A DNA stretch of 64,000 nt, from the NCBI GenBank assembly GCA_051362555.1, contig CM120647.1, positions 17,460,651-17,524,650 on the forward strand. The letters run 5' to 3'. Positions within the stretch are counted from its first letter, which is position 1. The number at the start of each line of letters is the position of its first letter. The notes under the pieces were generated by a model. The model had not been told where the DNA came from. It searched no databases and was given only the letters and a program-made list of their open reading frames with translations. Position numbers and translations under genes: made by a program. The DNA is from Lingula anatina. Lineage: Eukaryota > Animalia > Brachiopoda. Positions 37,149-49,942 of the stretch are shown piece by piece.

Positions 37149-38404
37149 TTTTATTACCACCTCAAGGATGAAAGACATGGAGAATGTAAACATAAAATTG
37201 TACACAATAATATAATAATATTAATTAATATTTTACTGAGAAATAAATGATGAAATTTAAAGGCTTTCAAAAATGCTGTCTAACAACAATGTCGATTACT
37301 AAAAAACTTGTAGTTACTCTTGGTATATTGGACATATAAGACATGTATGTACCTAGATACTGAGATAGACTGGTTTCGGTGTAAGTTTGCCCGGCTGTGA
37401 ACTGCACACGGCCTTAATTCCTTTAAGGACTCGATCCCTTCCACCTGCCGACCGCGGTTGCACCTATTCCCCTCTCTCCACCCCCCTCACGGTACCTGCC
37501 ACCGCGAGAGACGCACCTAAGGCCCTAGGTGCACTTCTCAGTTCACCGAGTACCCGTATCCCTCGGCAATACCGATCTCCGGACAAGAACAACAGTAACA
37601 GCTTCGTCCCATCAACCGAACAATAAGTTTCCACCAATACGGAATCATTGCCGTTTTATTTGTGTTCATTTCGTGTGGTTGTTTTGGTAAGGAGCTGTTC
37701 TCTGGGTGGTTTATCGGACGGTTGCGTCTCTTCAAATGTAAAACAAATTAAGAGTTTGGTGGTGATTAGCGTTCGGAGTTTTAAGGTCATTGCGGTCAGA
37801 ATACTTGTCCGACTGGTCAGATTATAGGGGCGCTGAGGGGTCGATTTGGTGCTCGCCTTTGATTAATAATACCGTACGTGAATCGATGAATGAGAATTAT
37901 TTTTTCATCTGGTTAGTTAAATGATTTTACAATAGCTAAGGGTTTCTAAAGAGAAATATATATTACTTCTGAGGCAAGTCTTATATCGTCCTTACAATTC
38001 AGCAAGACGGACAAGACCGAACTCCTCATACAATTCACGATTTATCGCGCTTTTAACTCTCGCCTAAATTCATCCATAAAATTCAAGCTATAAGAAGTGT
38101 GTTTTTTTTTTCTATTATGAGTATTAATTTATCCGGCGGTACTGGTATTGCTTAAAAGTTCCACTACAACGAATAACCTCATTTTACTGGGGGTATGTCA
38201 ATCCTGAGAACAGAATGCACCTGCTTGGGAAATATTTCATGTAATGCAGACCTCGACTACAGTGTTCAGATGAAATTAAAGTCATGCTTATTCAGAATTA
38301 TGTTGAAATATATCTAGCTGTTTCGGGGCTAAAACGAGTCATTGGGCGATGAAGAAATTTAGGAAAACACACACACACACAAATGATTTCATCCCACTAC
38401 CACC

Positions 38405-38408
<4 letters not shown>

Positions 38409-38484
<76 letters not shown>

Positions 38485-38496
38485 ACACACACACAC
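38409..38496. repeat. (CT)n(CA)n compound microsatellite
   Basis: Direct reading. Confidence 0.95.
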
Positions 38497-39313
38497 AAAC
38501 AAAAACAGACACGCGTATATCTAAACTTCTTCTTCTCCTCTATCTCTCTCTCTCAGGCTAGGTTTCCACGGTCAAGTCCACCCCCCCCTCTCTCTCTCTC
38601 TCTCTCAGCCAAGGTTTCCACGGTCAAGTTCACCGTGGACCAGGTTTATGTACACCGACTGCGGCTCAGCCAGTATTACATCAAGCTATCAACACACACA
38701 CCACGCTGTACCGCCTCCTTTATAATGGCCTGCTCGTATTTATTCACACTGTGAAGAGCTGGGAAGAAAACAATGCCCACTTGGAGGTCGCCGGTCTCGA
38801 GAGTCAACACCGTGGCATTTAAAGCTGATTAATAAAGGTTAAGATCATCTTCAAGTTAACGTTCCGATTAACCCTAAGTCACCACACGCCTGAGCTGCAC
38901 ACCGACCCTCCAGTCCGAGCGAAGACGACCGAGTTCGTATCTCTTCACTACATCTGGGACACGTACGCTATCCACGCGTTGGCTTGCAAAGGTAGGGTGA
39001 AAATAACCACCTTATAACCGGGCCAGCCTCGCCTGATCCTGGGAGGAGATAAAAATAGCCTCTGCCCCAGTTAACACGCTACTCGCTCTCTCTGTGTACA
39101 GTTAAGGGATTTACGCCGTCCACTAACAATGCTACTCGGTTAAACGACTACGCACAATAGCCGGCTTTAGAAAATAATACGGAAATCCCGCATCGGGCTT
39201 GCTGTTTCACCTTAAGTCCTCGTTAAAGCCCGTGTAATTGATGTAAGCTCTAGCTACAGGGTATCGCTGATGTATGGCGTTGGAGTGGCTCGGCGACCCG
39301 CTACACAAGAAAG

Positions 39314-41005
39314 ATGCTCGCCACGAGCAGCGGACGCTGCAGCAACAACACGGCGATACAATGCAGACGATCTTCACTAGTCCTTTACCTCCTCGCCATT
39401 GTTGTTGTCTGCTTGGAGATACGGCGTGGAGATGGAGCGAGGATTCTCGTCCACCCCCTCTCACAGTTTTTCAACTCTCGCCTACTGAACATGGAGAAGC
39501 TGTCCATGCTGTTACGTGACCGTGGCCATGAAGTGACGATGTTGATGGGGGACCATTACCTGCCCAGGAACAACCTGACTGGAATCTCCATAGTTACCTT
39601 CAAGGTGTCGTCTGCTGACTGCGTGAGGGGCCTTGAAGTTGAGGAAGTATGGAGGATGCTACAGCTATCAAAACTACAAACCTTTCAACTGATGCAGGGA
39701 AGAATGCTAACGTATTGTGAGGGCTTACTAGAAAACCGAGCCCTGCTGAAATCTCTCAGGGACGCCAAATTTGACCTTTATTTATTCGACTGGATCGAAG
39801 CATGCACGAAGATTTTAGTGGATTATTTCAACGTGCCTTCAATAATGTACTCTAACTACGGCTTAACGAACAGCTGGCCTGTATTTGGAACGCCGAGCCC
39901 CTACGCTTTCGTGCCCGACATCGGGACAGGCTTCTCTGATAAAATGTCATTCAAAGAGCGTCTAATTAATACCATAGTGAGTATACTAGGGGAGCTGATT
40001 GTAGACCCCACTCGCCATCTACAGGTGTTAAGGGACCGCCATTTCCCCGACTTTCCCTGGGGCAATGACGTCGGAAGGGGGTTCGACAGGGTATCCCTTG
40101 TCATTTCCGCGAACACCCATTATGGGTTTGATTACCCCAGGCCACTGATGCCTCATATTATCCCCATCTCGGGGCTCGTCTGGACGCCGCTTAAACCCCT
40201 CTCATCAGATCTCCAGAAATTCGTCACGGAAGCAGACGACGGGGTGATAGTGGTCAGTTTCGGGACTCTGATCCCCAAGTACGACCCCAAGTTTGCGGAG
40301 GTCCTAGCCAACGTGTTTTCTCGCCTTTCTCAGCGGGTCTTGTGGCGTTACGTCGGGGAGCTCCCACCTGGCCTGGGGAGGAACGTAAAACTCTTAGAAT
40401 GGCTTCCACAAAATGACCTCTTGGGGCACCCGAATGTCAAACTTTTTGTCACCCACTGTGGGGCCAGTAGCACGTGGGAGACCCTGTATCACGCTGTGCC
40501 CGTCGTAGCCATACCTCTGTGGGCGGATCAACAGGCGCACGCACGAAAACTAACAGAACGCGCCGAAATCGGCGTGCAGCTCGACATGAACACACTGGAC
40601 GAAGCAGCACTGGAAAATGCAATACAGGAAGTATTAAACAATCCAAAATATCAAACAAACGCAAAGAGAATATCCTCAATTGTCAGAGATCAACAAAACG
40701 ACCCACAGGAAACGTTTTTATACTGGGTTAATTATGTGATTAGACACAAGGGGTCTCTGCACCTCAGATCCCAAGCAGCGGCCAGCTTGTCTTGGTATCA
40801 GTATCTTTTACTGGATATTGTTGCATTCCTAGTTTTATGTGTCACCATTGCGTTGACTGTGTTATACTTCCTATGTAGACTGGTATGGACGTGTGTGTGT
40901 TGCAGATTATACAAATCATTGCGGAGACAAGCTCCTCTTGAAATCAATGGACCCGGGCGCCATCTGACGGAAAACCCCAATGGGGTGTGCAAAAAGATTA
41001 ACTGA
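39314..41005 (+). CDS. UDP-glucuronosyl/glycosyltransferase (GT1, UGT2-like), intronless CDS
   Basis: 563 aa ORF with a signal peptide, the UGT signature WLPQNDLLGHPNVKLFVTHCGASSTWETLYHAVPVVAIPLWADQ, the YWVNYVIRHKG..HLR motif, a C-terminal TM helix and a KKxx ER-retrieval end (KKIN). Confidence 0.95.
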   Translation: MLATSSGRCSNNTAIQCRRSSLVLYLLAIVVVCLEIRRGDGARILVHPLSQFFNSRLLNMEKLSMLLRDRGHEVTMLMGDHYLPRNNLTGISIVTFKVSSADCVRGLEVEEVWRMLQLSKLQTFQLMQGRMLTYCEGLLENRALLKSLRDAKFDLYLFDWIEACTKILVDYFNVPSIMYSNYGLTNSWPVFGTPSPYAFVPDIGTGFSDKMSFKERLINTIVSILGELIVDPTRHLQVLRDRHFPDFPWGNDVGRGFDRVSLVISANTHYGFDYPRPLMPHIIPISGLVWTPLKPLSSDLQKFVTEADDGVIVVSFGTLIPKYDPKFAEVLANVFSRLSQRVLWRYVGELPPGLGRNVKLLEWLPQNDLLGHPNVKLFVTHCGASSTWETLYHAVPVVAIPLWADQQAHARKLTERAEIGVQLDMNTLDEAALENAIQEVLNNPKYQTNAKRISSIVRDQQNDPQETFLYWVNYVIRHKGSLHLRSQAAASLSWYQYLLLDIVAFLVLCVTIALTVLYFLCRLVWTCVCCRLYKSLRRQAPLEINGPGRHLTENPNGVCKKIN

Positions 41006-43820
41006 AGTATAGCTGTCATTAATTTATGGAGAGTTATTTATGTTCTGTGCAACTAGGTGTAAATTAATTAATCATGACAAGTCGAGTATTATATTGAATT
41101 TGTTTATCGAAATATTGGCGATATTGATCTTATATCGCGTAAAACTTAATCATTTCTGTGTTCGTGGATATGCGATTTTTTAATTGTAAGATTGTAATAG
41201 GTCCAGTTAACGCAAACTGTGAAAGGTTTTGCGTTTGATGCAATAGACAAACTTACGGGTAGTTATACAGTGTCGCAAAAAATTATTGCTATAGACTTCA
41301 ATCACAGTATATTTTCAAAAGATTTCCCTTTTTTGTACACCTGTCACGTATATATATATTTTTACTCATGACTTGAAGTTTGTGTATTCTACACACAATT
41401 TTTGTAATATGGTTAGTGCCTGCAGTCTTCTAAACAACGTCGGGATTTTATCACCATGAGATAAACTCTTAATACAATTTTGTTAGGATAAACTTGGGCA
41501 GGATTGAACTGTTTCTAACACAATGGGAGCGAAATACCGCAAACCACACCCAAATTATTGAATTATTGAATGTAACAATAGTTCTGCGCGACACTGTACA
41601 CATTAAGAGTGATTTAAATGTGTGATGTTGTTGTTGTTGTTGTTGCTTTGTAAACACTGACATGTGTTGTGGAAGTGTGCGGCAATGTGTTTTATCTTCT
41701 GTGTATTGTAAGACTAGGTTTTAGCGACTTAAATGTCTGTCACGTTCACTGAAGCTGCTGGGGGGGAGGGGAAGGCCTATTAACCTTCGTGCACTCTCGT
41801 CCCTCTAGTTTATAACATAGAACCTCTTGATGGAGTGCTCATTTTATATTGGTAAATGTAGATAAATACGGCATAATTTACTTAACAATGTACGAGTCAA
41901 GTGCAAAGTTTGTATCAGTTCAAACTAAAACTTAAATTTGTTTTACATGTGACTGCTGCACACCTAAAACCAGGAATCTGTGACTGTGGTATTGCATTGG
42001 CGCGTTTACACTGAAGCGAGATCCGTCATTCTCGATGGAAACCCTCGTTGCAATATGTATAACGTAATCTTACCTCAGTTAAATGTGAACACTGCCTAGT
42101 ATGATATTTGACTTGCCAGGGAGGGAAGTTATAGATGTTAAAATGGATATCGTCCACGGTTAAAAGCAAGTGGAAACGGTTAATCTTGTAATATGGCTAT
42201 CATGCAGTCATTATGAAAGTTTTTTTTTTTATAAAATTTAGCATAGGTTTGCCCATGGGAATTGTATGCAAAACTACATGCACATTACTAAAATCATTCT
42301 CAATTATTATTATAATTATTATATACTCACTTCAATGTAAATTCATATTTCTCATTCACTGCGCATGCGTGGTCTGTATATTTGTCATTCTTGCTGACGC
42401 AGTGCTAATAATTCATAGAATTTTTATTTATACTGACGATTTTTTTATTATTAAACGTGTTTTTGTATGTTGGAAGTTGCTGTTGTTGATTTCGGAAAAG
42501 TGTTTTTGAATCATTTCGCTTTACGGCATATGGCAATTTATGACATACAGTGAAGCGACTATGAAAACTTCAATGTGGGCGGGAAGTGTCTACGTTTGAA
42601 TTAACGTCTCCATGTGATTGTGATTGGGTGATTACGTCAATCGGCAATGTAATTTCCACTAATTAATTTCCATAAAACTTTTTCAAACAGCAGCACTATA
42701 CCACGAACCCGACACCGCCTTATTGGAGTTGAACACACAAACACTTCGTATTGGCAAAATTGCGCCATTTCACCGTATGTTCTTTCGGTTATCACAAATT
42801 TGCAATCAAATTAAATCATTCGGGTTTATATATACCATAGAAGTTTCCAACAAATGCATCCCACAACCTAATACTGAAATATTCATTTTAGAACATACTC
42901 CATCTTGAACATTACGTCACACGGTAAGTAAGGCGGATTCTGCAAATTATCACTGAAATTTACCGCGTTGTTTCATGCGATTTCTGTGGAAATTACTTTA
43001 CAGATAGAAAATGTAAATAAAGAAAAAGTAGCAAGTGGGGGGAAAGTAGTTTGAAACAGTGAAAACTGGGACATTAGACGGCGTTAAGTAGCTTATGGCC
43101 ATAATCCTAAATTTCGGAAGTCTTTCACAGTCGTAGCATCGTAAAAACTTGACACCGATGAACTTCCAGCTGTATTATCTGTGCGTCCATATCATCTCAA
43201 ATAAATCATTAACAGCATTCTGTTGCAAAGGTGATTTTACTGCGTTTGTATTAGTTTCAGTGTCATGCGGGTTGAAGCTGCACCCATATTGCTTTAAAAG
43301 CGCTCCCCCGTTTGTGTACGCATCTGGCACAGCAAACAGGTTTTTTTTTCTATCAAAAAGACACTGGCCAGCGTCGCACAAGCCGTCAATGACCGCCGTA
43401 CTTTCCAAAAGCAAAGAAAAAAAATCTAAAGATTAACAGTAAAGTACGCTCCAATGGATCAAAATCATTGTGAACCATGCAGCGCCTTCCACACTGTTGT
43501 TAGAATCTTCAGCTCAAAGCATGCTGGCAGGAACTGATGTTGTAATGCTTATGATGCGTCTTTCAAGAGACGTCGCATTCGATCAATTGCAAGCAGACCA
43601 AGGCTGATTAAAGACTTCTGCGGCGTTCATTTTATATGATACCACGTAGGCCATATCATATCTCCATGAAATTCGGATAATTGTGCAACGCCTGCTACAC
43701 TGTCATGTGGGCAGGCAATAATTAATTATTATTACAGCAGTAAGTTTTGCATATTTTAGAAGACGTCCGATTTGTGCAAAAGTGGTGCGTTGTCTTCTGC
43801 AGCGTTAACATCATACGGTC

Positions 43821-45281
43821 ATGGCCTGCGTTAGGCGTTACCTGCCTTTCGTCTTAGTTATTTCGGTACTGTATTGCTTGGTTATGGTGAAGTACACACA
43901 GCACAGTTCAAAGCTGAAGTCCGATCACCCACGGGTGAAAAATCTGCGAAACAGTTCCATTGTTTTCCGCGCCAACTCGTCAGAAAAGGTGGTACAGGTA
44001 CCAGGAAAAGAGAGGAGCCAAACAGTGACGCTAACAGAGACGACATCAGGGCCATCAGAGTTGGCGCAGCTTAAGTATTTCTTGTACGATTGTAACAAAG
44101 TTTGTCAACAAAAACTGAACAGAAGTCGGATTGAATTTCGCCATGTCGTCCATTCTGCTGTCCACGAGGACGGCCGGCCATACATAAAGATCCAGGAGTA
44201 TGAAATCAACGGACCTCTCGCGGGGAGCGATGCGTTCACGCCCTCTCGAGGAGGTAGCAATTTTAGGGTTGAGATTAATGGTAGTAACTATCGTCTGCTT
44301 TGTTCTCTCACGGACCATTTTAACGGCACTTACACCGGGGTTTGCCCCAAGATTTTCTCCTGTGTCACGGGGAGAGTGTATTTGGACTATACTCACTTCG
44401 AGGCTTACAAACAGCATGTCGGATCCAGGGGGTATATTTGGTGGCCAGGAAGAATTCACAAGAAAATTCACTATTTCTCGTTATGTTCAAGTAACAAACT
44501 GCCGAATTTGAGGGAGAACAGAGGAGACTGCAAGAGGAGGTCTGTTGGGGAGTATCTCAAAGGTCGGTGGTGGAGAGGAAAAAATGCGACAAGTTGGCGC
44601 GATAATAAGATACGCTGGGGAACGGAAGATGGGTGCCTACTTCCCCTTATGACGTCAGACGAGCTCAGGAAGTGCTTTAACGACAGCCAAAAGCACGTTT
44701 GCTTTTACGGCGACTCGCACTTGCGGAATACGCACGATCTTTTACGCAAACAACTGCACGAAATATTGCCGACAAAAACAGTATTGTCTTCTCTTAATGT
44801 GTTAAGTGGGCATTACGTAGATCAAATCGTAAAGATGATCAATATATCCGTATCTTCTAGCAACGGCACCTTGACATCAAACGACGTTGTAGTGATTAAT
44901 TTTGGTATTTGGGACTTAGTTTTCAGAAAAGCAGAAAAATTGATAAACGAGTTTCCGATTTTCATCAATTCCATCAAACGCCTTAAATCTGATCGCAGGA
45001 CGAGAGCTCTTCGCGTTATCTACCTGAACATTTTCCCTCGTTTTCGCGGGGATAAAGACGCAAATTATTACATGATACCAGCCATCTATGAGATGTTCAG
45101 ACACAGGCTGGAGGCAATGGGCGTTGAAGTCGTCGATGCGTTTAACATACTGAATCCTATGCTGGATACCACGTGTGACAACGTCCACTTCGTGTGCAGT
45201 GATGGCGTATCTCAAACTGGTTTAATATTCTCAAATCTTTTGTTTAGGATAATTTGCGATGATTCAAACTTTAAATCTTGA
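43821..45281 (+). CDS. NXPE/PC-esterase-like SGNH-fold type II membrane protein (putative glycan O-acetyltransferase/esterase), intronless CDS
   Basis: N-terminal signal anchor, Ig-like GGSNFRV...DHFNGTY segment, and SGNH blocks FYGDSHLR, VINFGIWD and C-terminal DNVH (DxxH). Confidence 0.8.
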   Translation: MACVRRYLPFVLVISVLYCLVMVKYTQHSSKLKSDHPRVKNLRNSSIVFRANSSEKVVQVPGKERSQTVTLTETTSGPSELAQLKYFLYDCNKVCQQKLNRSRIEFRHVVHSAVHEDGRPYIKIQEYEINGPLAGSDAFTPSRGGSNFRVEINGSNYRLLCSLTDHFNGTYTGVCPKIFSCVTGRVYLDYTHFEAYKQHVGSRGYIWWPGRIHKKIHYFSLCSSNKLPNLRENRGDCKRRSVGEYLKGRWWRGKNATSWRDNKIRWGTEDGCLLPLMTSDELRKCFNDSQKHVCFYGDSHLRNTHDLLRKQLHEILPTKTVLSSLNVLSGHYVDQIVKMINISVSSSNGTLTSNDVVVINFGIWDLVFRKAEKLINEFPIFINSIKRLKSDRRTRALRVIYLNIFPRFRGDKDANYYMIPAIYEMFRHRLEAMGVEVVDAFNILNPMLDTTCDNVHFVCSDGVSQTGLIFSNLLFRIICDDSNFKS

Positions 45282-45399
45282 AAATTTTGTTTGGATTGAT
45301 GTTAGTGAGGTGTTTTACTTTTACACATGTTAAAACTGCACTGGGTACCAGTATATTTTAAAACCCTTCATGTTTGGTAATGCGCGCTTGTATGGCGGG

Positions 45400-45556
45400 T
45401 ACCCTCTACCAGTGTCATGGCTTCATATTTCACTGTCGGGTAGTCATTCAGAGATAGTATAGGCCTATGTCTCTGGCTAATTCGTGACACAATTCTCTAC
45501 TGTTGTTGACGAGTTGAAGAAAAGCGCACATAATTAATCTGCGGCCCTGGTAGAAG
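45400..45556. mobile_element. Short MITE (diverged copy 2 of the 29192 family)
   Basis: TACCCTCTACCAGTGTC ... AATCTGCGGCCCTGGTAGAAG. Confidence 0.55.
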
Positions 45557-47169
45557 ACACTTGTTGTACCAGTTACTGAACTTTATAATGTCAGTGTCAT
45601 CGGACAAATTGAATCGCCGCATAACATGCAAAGAGAACAGTTCTCCAAAGCATCTTCGGTTGTAGAGTGTTATTAAGGGTCAGTGCCCGCACCGAAAATA
45701 AATTTCATTTTGATCTGACATTAACACTAATTTGGAGTACCAGTATAAATGTCATTATCCAAGCAGTGCTTTGGTGGACCGGTGGGTGTCATGCGAGCCT
45801 GTAAATCTTCTCCTCCATGCTTCTAGCACTCTTATGTCTTATATATTTTGTGAATTATTCATCTTCATCAGAATTAAAATTCCAGTCGATGCGAATATGT
45901 GTATAATAAATACAATTATAAACAAAACAGACTGCGTCGTGGATTATTTTTATGTGTTAATACAGTATATTAATACTAGAGTATCTATACGTAGGCCTAG
46001 TAGATAGAAGGCCTATATCGATCTTCACCTGATTGAGAAGTTTAAAAAAGGTAGATTTCAGGCGTCATGCAATTGCCTTCTCTCATTTGTTCTTTTTTTA
46101 AAGAAATAATTCTATACGGTATTCAATGTACACTGGCCAGTCATTTAGAACTGAATCATTCTATTATATATGGAAAAATCGAATCCGAAAGCAGGGACGG
46201 GTGAAGCAATATGGTTCGTGAGTAGGAGGATTTTTATCATAAAGGGAAATTCGTTTTGGCGGAAAAATCCCATATAGAGAACCTTTAGAAAGTTACTGCT
46301 CGTCTATCTGTGAATTATGTATAATGTACGTGGTAAACCTCAACGTTATCACCATGTTTGAAATTCTGGAATTCAATATGCAATGCAAGAGAATATTTCT
46401 ATAGAAAGATAGGCCTATAATAAATATACGCCACTCCGTCTAACATAATGAGCACGAAAACCATTGCGTCGGCACTCCTGTTCAGAGGTCATTCATTTTA
46501 ATTATAATTTTACAAACCCCTCCCCTTCAGGAGAGTACAAGGTGAAAAGCTCATTTTATGATTATTTACTTTGTCTACAACAATCATAGCAGGTAAATTT
46601 TTGAGTCGATTTTATTTATTTATTTATTTATTTATTTCAGGAAACGAAATATCAAATCCACACTGTGTGCGTTGAATGAAAAAAAAAACTTAAAAATTTT
46701 AAATAAAAAAAAATCAGTAGGCATATCTGAGATCAATCAATTAATATGATATTAGGCTAATTAATGTATGAGATCACCTGTTTCGGCCCATTTCAGACCC
46801 GGTCGGTATTTTTATTTAGTTTATGTATTACATTATATTTATGCATAAAATTCATTTTAACGAGAAATGGATGTGAAAAAACTTATCATTTGGGCCGACT
46901 GCGCTCCTTCGCCCACTTCTCATTGTCTGGCAAACGTACGGATTTTTGTGTTACCGGAACGTACCTGTGTGGATTTAATTTAATAATTTCCACCTGGACG
47001 CGTGCGTGCGCCTATGTAGATGGTTTTATTTGGATTCCTACCAGACCTGTATCAACTTACAGGCTCAAAGAAAATACTGTCGTTAAGCGTTAAAAAGCAT
47101 CCCTTGTTACCTACCGAACAGTGAAAACAGTATTAATGGCCACGAGGCGACCCTGCATGCACAATTCAA

Positions 47170-47220
47170 TAAGTAGGTCAAATTTTAATAAGTAGGTCAA
47201 ACGAAACAAACATGGCGGCC
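47170..47220 (+). promoter_or_regulatory. Probable SLC25A51 promoter: two RORE-consensus sites plus a YY1-like motif
   Basis: TAAGTAGGTCA at 47170 and 47189, AACATGGCGGC at 47209. A gtaagt donor at 47311 and a tttcag acceptor at 47658 define a non-coding first exon. Confidence 0.55.
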
Positions 47221-47780
47221 CCCATGCAATCTTGAACACTTTTTTTATGCAACAAGCTCGGTGTTTTATTGCACAAACGCAATAAGTGCAAATTATATGG
47301 TGTTTAGAAAGTAAGTGAAATAATTGCACTGCATTTAGATCCTAAATGTGCTTTAGATTACTATAGTACGTTATCTTACTAACTAACGCCTGGTAAATTA
47401 AAATTACTCCAAGGCCATGATCTTATCTAAGTCCTCACTTTTTAGTACCATCTGGTACAGTGTATATATTTTCTTTCAAAGTACAACTGATAGATATTTA
47501 AAGTTTTTAGTAAATCAGTTGTGAAATTCTTTTTCACTGTAGATACACTTGTTTATAAGGTATAATGTGTATGTGCTGTGTATGTGTTTACAGAGGGCGG
47601 GCCTGACATTTTTTTTTTATTCAGGAATGTGCTTAATTTGTAGAAATATTTATTTCAGAAAGTTTGGGTTAAAAGAAAGAGAGAAATGAGGAGTGCCTCT
47701 GGAAAATCATAAAAAAATCTTACCAGATCCCATTAGAGGGTGCTCAATCAGATGTTGACAAAGTGGAGTTTAGACACATA

Positions 47781-48154
47781 ATGAAGCAAGATGAAGCTTC
47801 AACTGTGCAGCAATGCATGTCTTCCATTGCCCCCACAACGGATCAGTTTGCCTCCAAGGGGGGCCAAAACATTGCCCTGGGCTCTAGCAGTGGTCCGACC
47901 AAAACCTCAACGAATGGTGACGTATACAAGGAGTTTATATCCGGATGGGGCGCAGCCGTGATCAATATCTCACTGACCTTCCCTCTGAACAAGGTCATGT
48001 TCCGTCAACAGCTGCATGGGATTCGATCACACACGGCTTTTGAGGAGCTTAGGAAAGAAGGACTGAAGAATTTGTACCGTGGTCTTCCTGCCCCTCTATT
48101 ACAGAAAACTTGCTCACTTTCTATTATGTTTGGTTGTTATGAGAAATACCTCAG
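47781..48154 (+). CDS. SLC25A51: Mitochondrial NAD+ carrier SLC25A51/MCART1, coding exon 1
   Basis: First in-frame ATG after a TAA at 47670. Reads EFISGWGAAVINISLTFPLNKVMFRQQLHG...EGLKNLYRGLPAPLLQKT. Donor AG/gttggt, phase 2. Confidence 0.92.
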
Positions 48155-48387
48155 GTTGGTCTGTTTTTTTTTTTTTTTCTTTAAAGAATATTTTCATTTA
48201 AGAATTAAAGAAGAGTGTTTGACAGAATCTTAAAAATCTGAATAATTTTTACTTTTTTTGCATTAAGTTATAATACACATTTAACTGTTGTTGATTTTTC
48301 ACTTTATATTGCAGAAGTTTATTAATGACAAAAATTATACATTTGACAAAATTCACTCAGTTAATGTCTATTTTTTTTCAATTGAAG

Positions 48388-48988
48388 GTTAATAAGGCAG
48401 CAGGCACCAAAAATGCATGTGATTGTACAACAAAGCACGGCCGCCATTTTGGCCGGCTGTACCGAGGCACTCCTCATGCCCCTAGAACGCACTCAGGTTT
48501 TACTATTAGACAAAGCATACCATGACCATTTTCAAAACACTTGGCACGCGCTCAGAGAGCTGAAGTCTTACGGATTATCCGAGTATTATCGTGGCCTGAC
48601 TCCCATTTTATTACGAAATGGACTTAGCAACGCTGTCTTCTTTGGGCTTCGGACTCGGTTAAAAGAGCAGTTCCCGTCAACGCAATCATATGCCGTAAAT
48701 GCCATAGAAGATTTTGTCAGCGGTGCGTGCCTGGGTGCTTTCATAAGCACAGTGTTTTATCCGGTTAATGTTGTCAAGACACATATGCAAAAGACCGTGG
48801 GAGGACCGTTCCCGGGCATAATCGCCACTGGGAAGGTAGTCTTTGAGGAGCGTGGTCGTGCTTGGAAGAAAATGTTTCGAGGGGTCCACGTCAACTATAC
48901 AAGGTCTTTTCTCTCCTGGGGAATCATTAATGCTTCCTATGAACTGCTGAGGAAACTGCTTCGTGCAGGGAAAGATGAGGAAGAGTAA
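48388..48988 (+). CDS. SLC25A51: SLC25A51/MCART1, coding exon 2
   Basis: Acceptor ttgaag/G restores the frame. Contains AGCTEALLMPLERTQVLL, EYYRGLTPILLRNG, FYPVNVVKTHMQ and FRGVHVNYTRSFLSWGIINASYE. Total about 324 aa. Confidence 0.93.
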
Positions 48989-49942
48989 ATGAATCAAAGG
49001 TTTTATTTGTATTAAAGGGATATGTTGAATGCTAGTCCTGTGCCTTACTTCAAAAAGGAACTTTAACTGAAAGCTGGTCTGAGATTAAGACTGCAAATTG
49101 TAATGAATTTTGACGCACAAAAATTATTCTGTCAGAGTCCACATAAAAAAAACAACTTTACGGGTCCAAAACATTAGCATTTCTTACCTTTTGTAAAGCA
49201 GAGACGAAATTCTCATTCAAGTATATACAGATTCACCTGGGTTAAAGAGGACTAAAATTTTAAATGTTACAATATAGACCAACTTTCAGCTCAAATTCCC
49301 TAATGAAATCAGACCCTGGGTTTCATAATACAGTGTGTTCAGAATTTATGCAGGGTTGCCGGTTCAAGCACTCGAGAAAAAAAAAATATTAGTGTAACAT
49401 TGTTGAAAGTGATATGGCACCTGGAAACATTGAGAAGTGATCATTACTAGTATAGAGAATATGCTTAAATGATGTTTAACCTCGTCTGTCTCTACATTGT
49501 CGCACCTCACAAACTCTACCAAGAAATGGATGGCCTGTCTTACTTTGGTGCTGCCATCTAGAGGAGAGGAACAGAAACGTCCCCTGTGAATTTTAGGTAT
49601 TAATTTAACTCTAATTATTTCAGTCATTTATTCACCCATTTTTTGTGCACGTTAATGATGTAGGAATTTATACATAATTTAAATGCATTTGCAATAATAT
49701 TTTAAAATTTTAAACAATTATTAATGTTTGAAGTATATATAAAGTTGTTATTAATCTTATTGTTTTTAAGAGTTTTGTGCTCCTCTTCCTTGTGTCTTCA
49801 TGTTTTCCATACAAGTACATGGGTAAGGCAGGTGGCTTACAGAAGTGATGGAAACTGGCAATGCATCAAAGACAGATATATCTAACACACTTATCTGTGC
49901 CTGTTGTTATGCTAACGCTGTCTCATGTAACACAGTCACCTC

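Noticed and set aside
37360-37860. GC/CpG-rich island with a 79-aa ORF upstream of the UGT
   Set aside because: No termini, splice pattern or domain could be established. It may be a transposon end or a regulatory island, but this cannot be supported from sequence alone.
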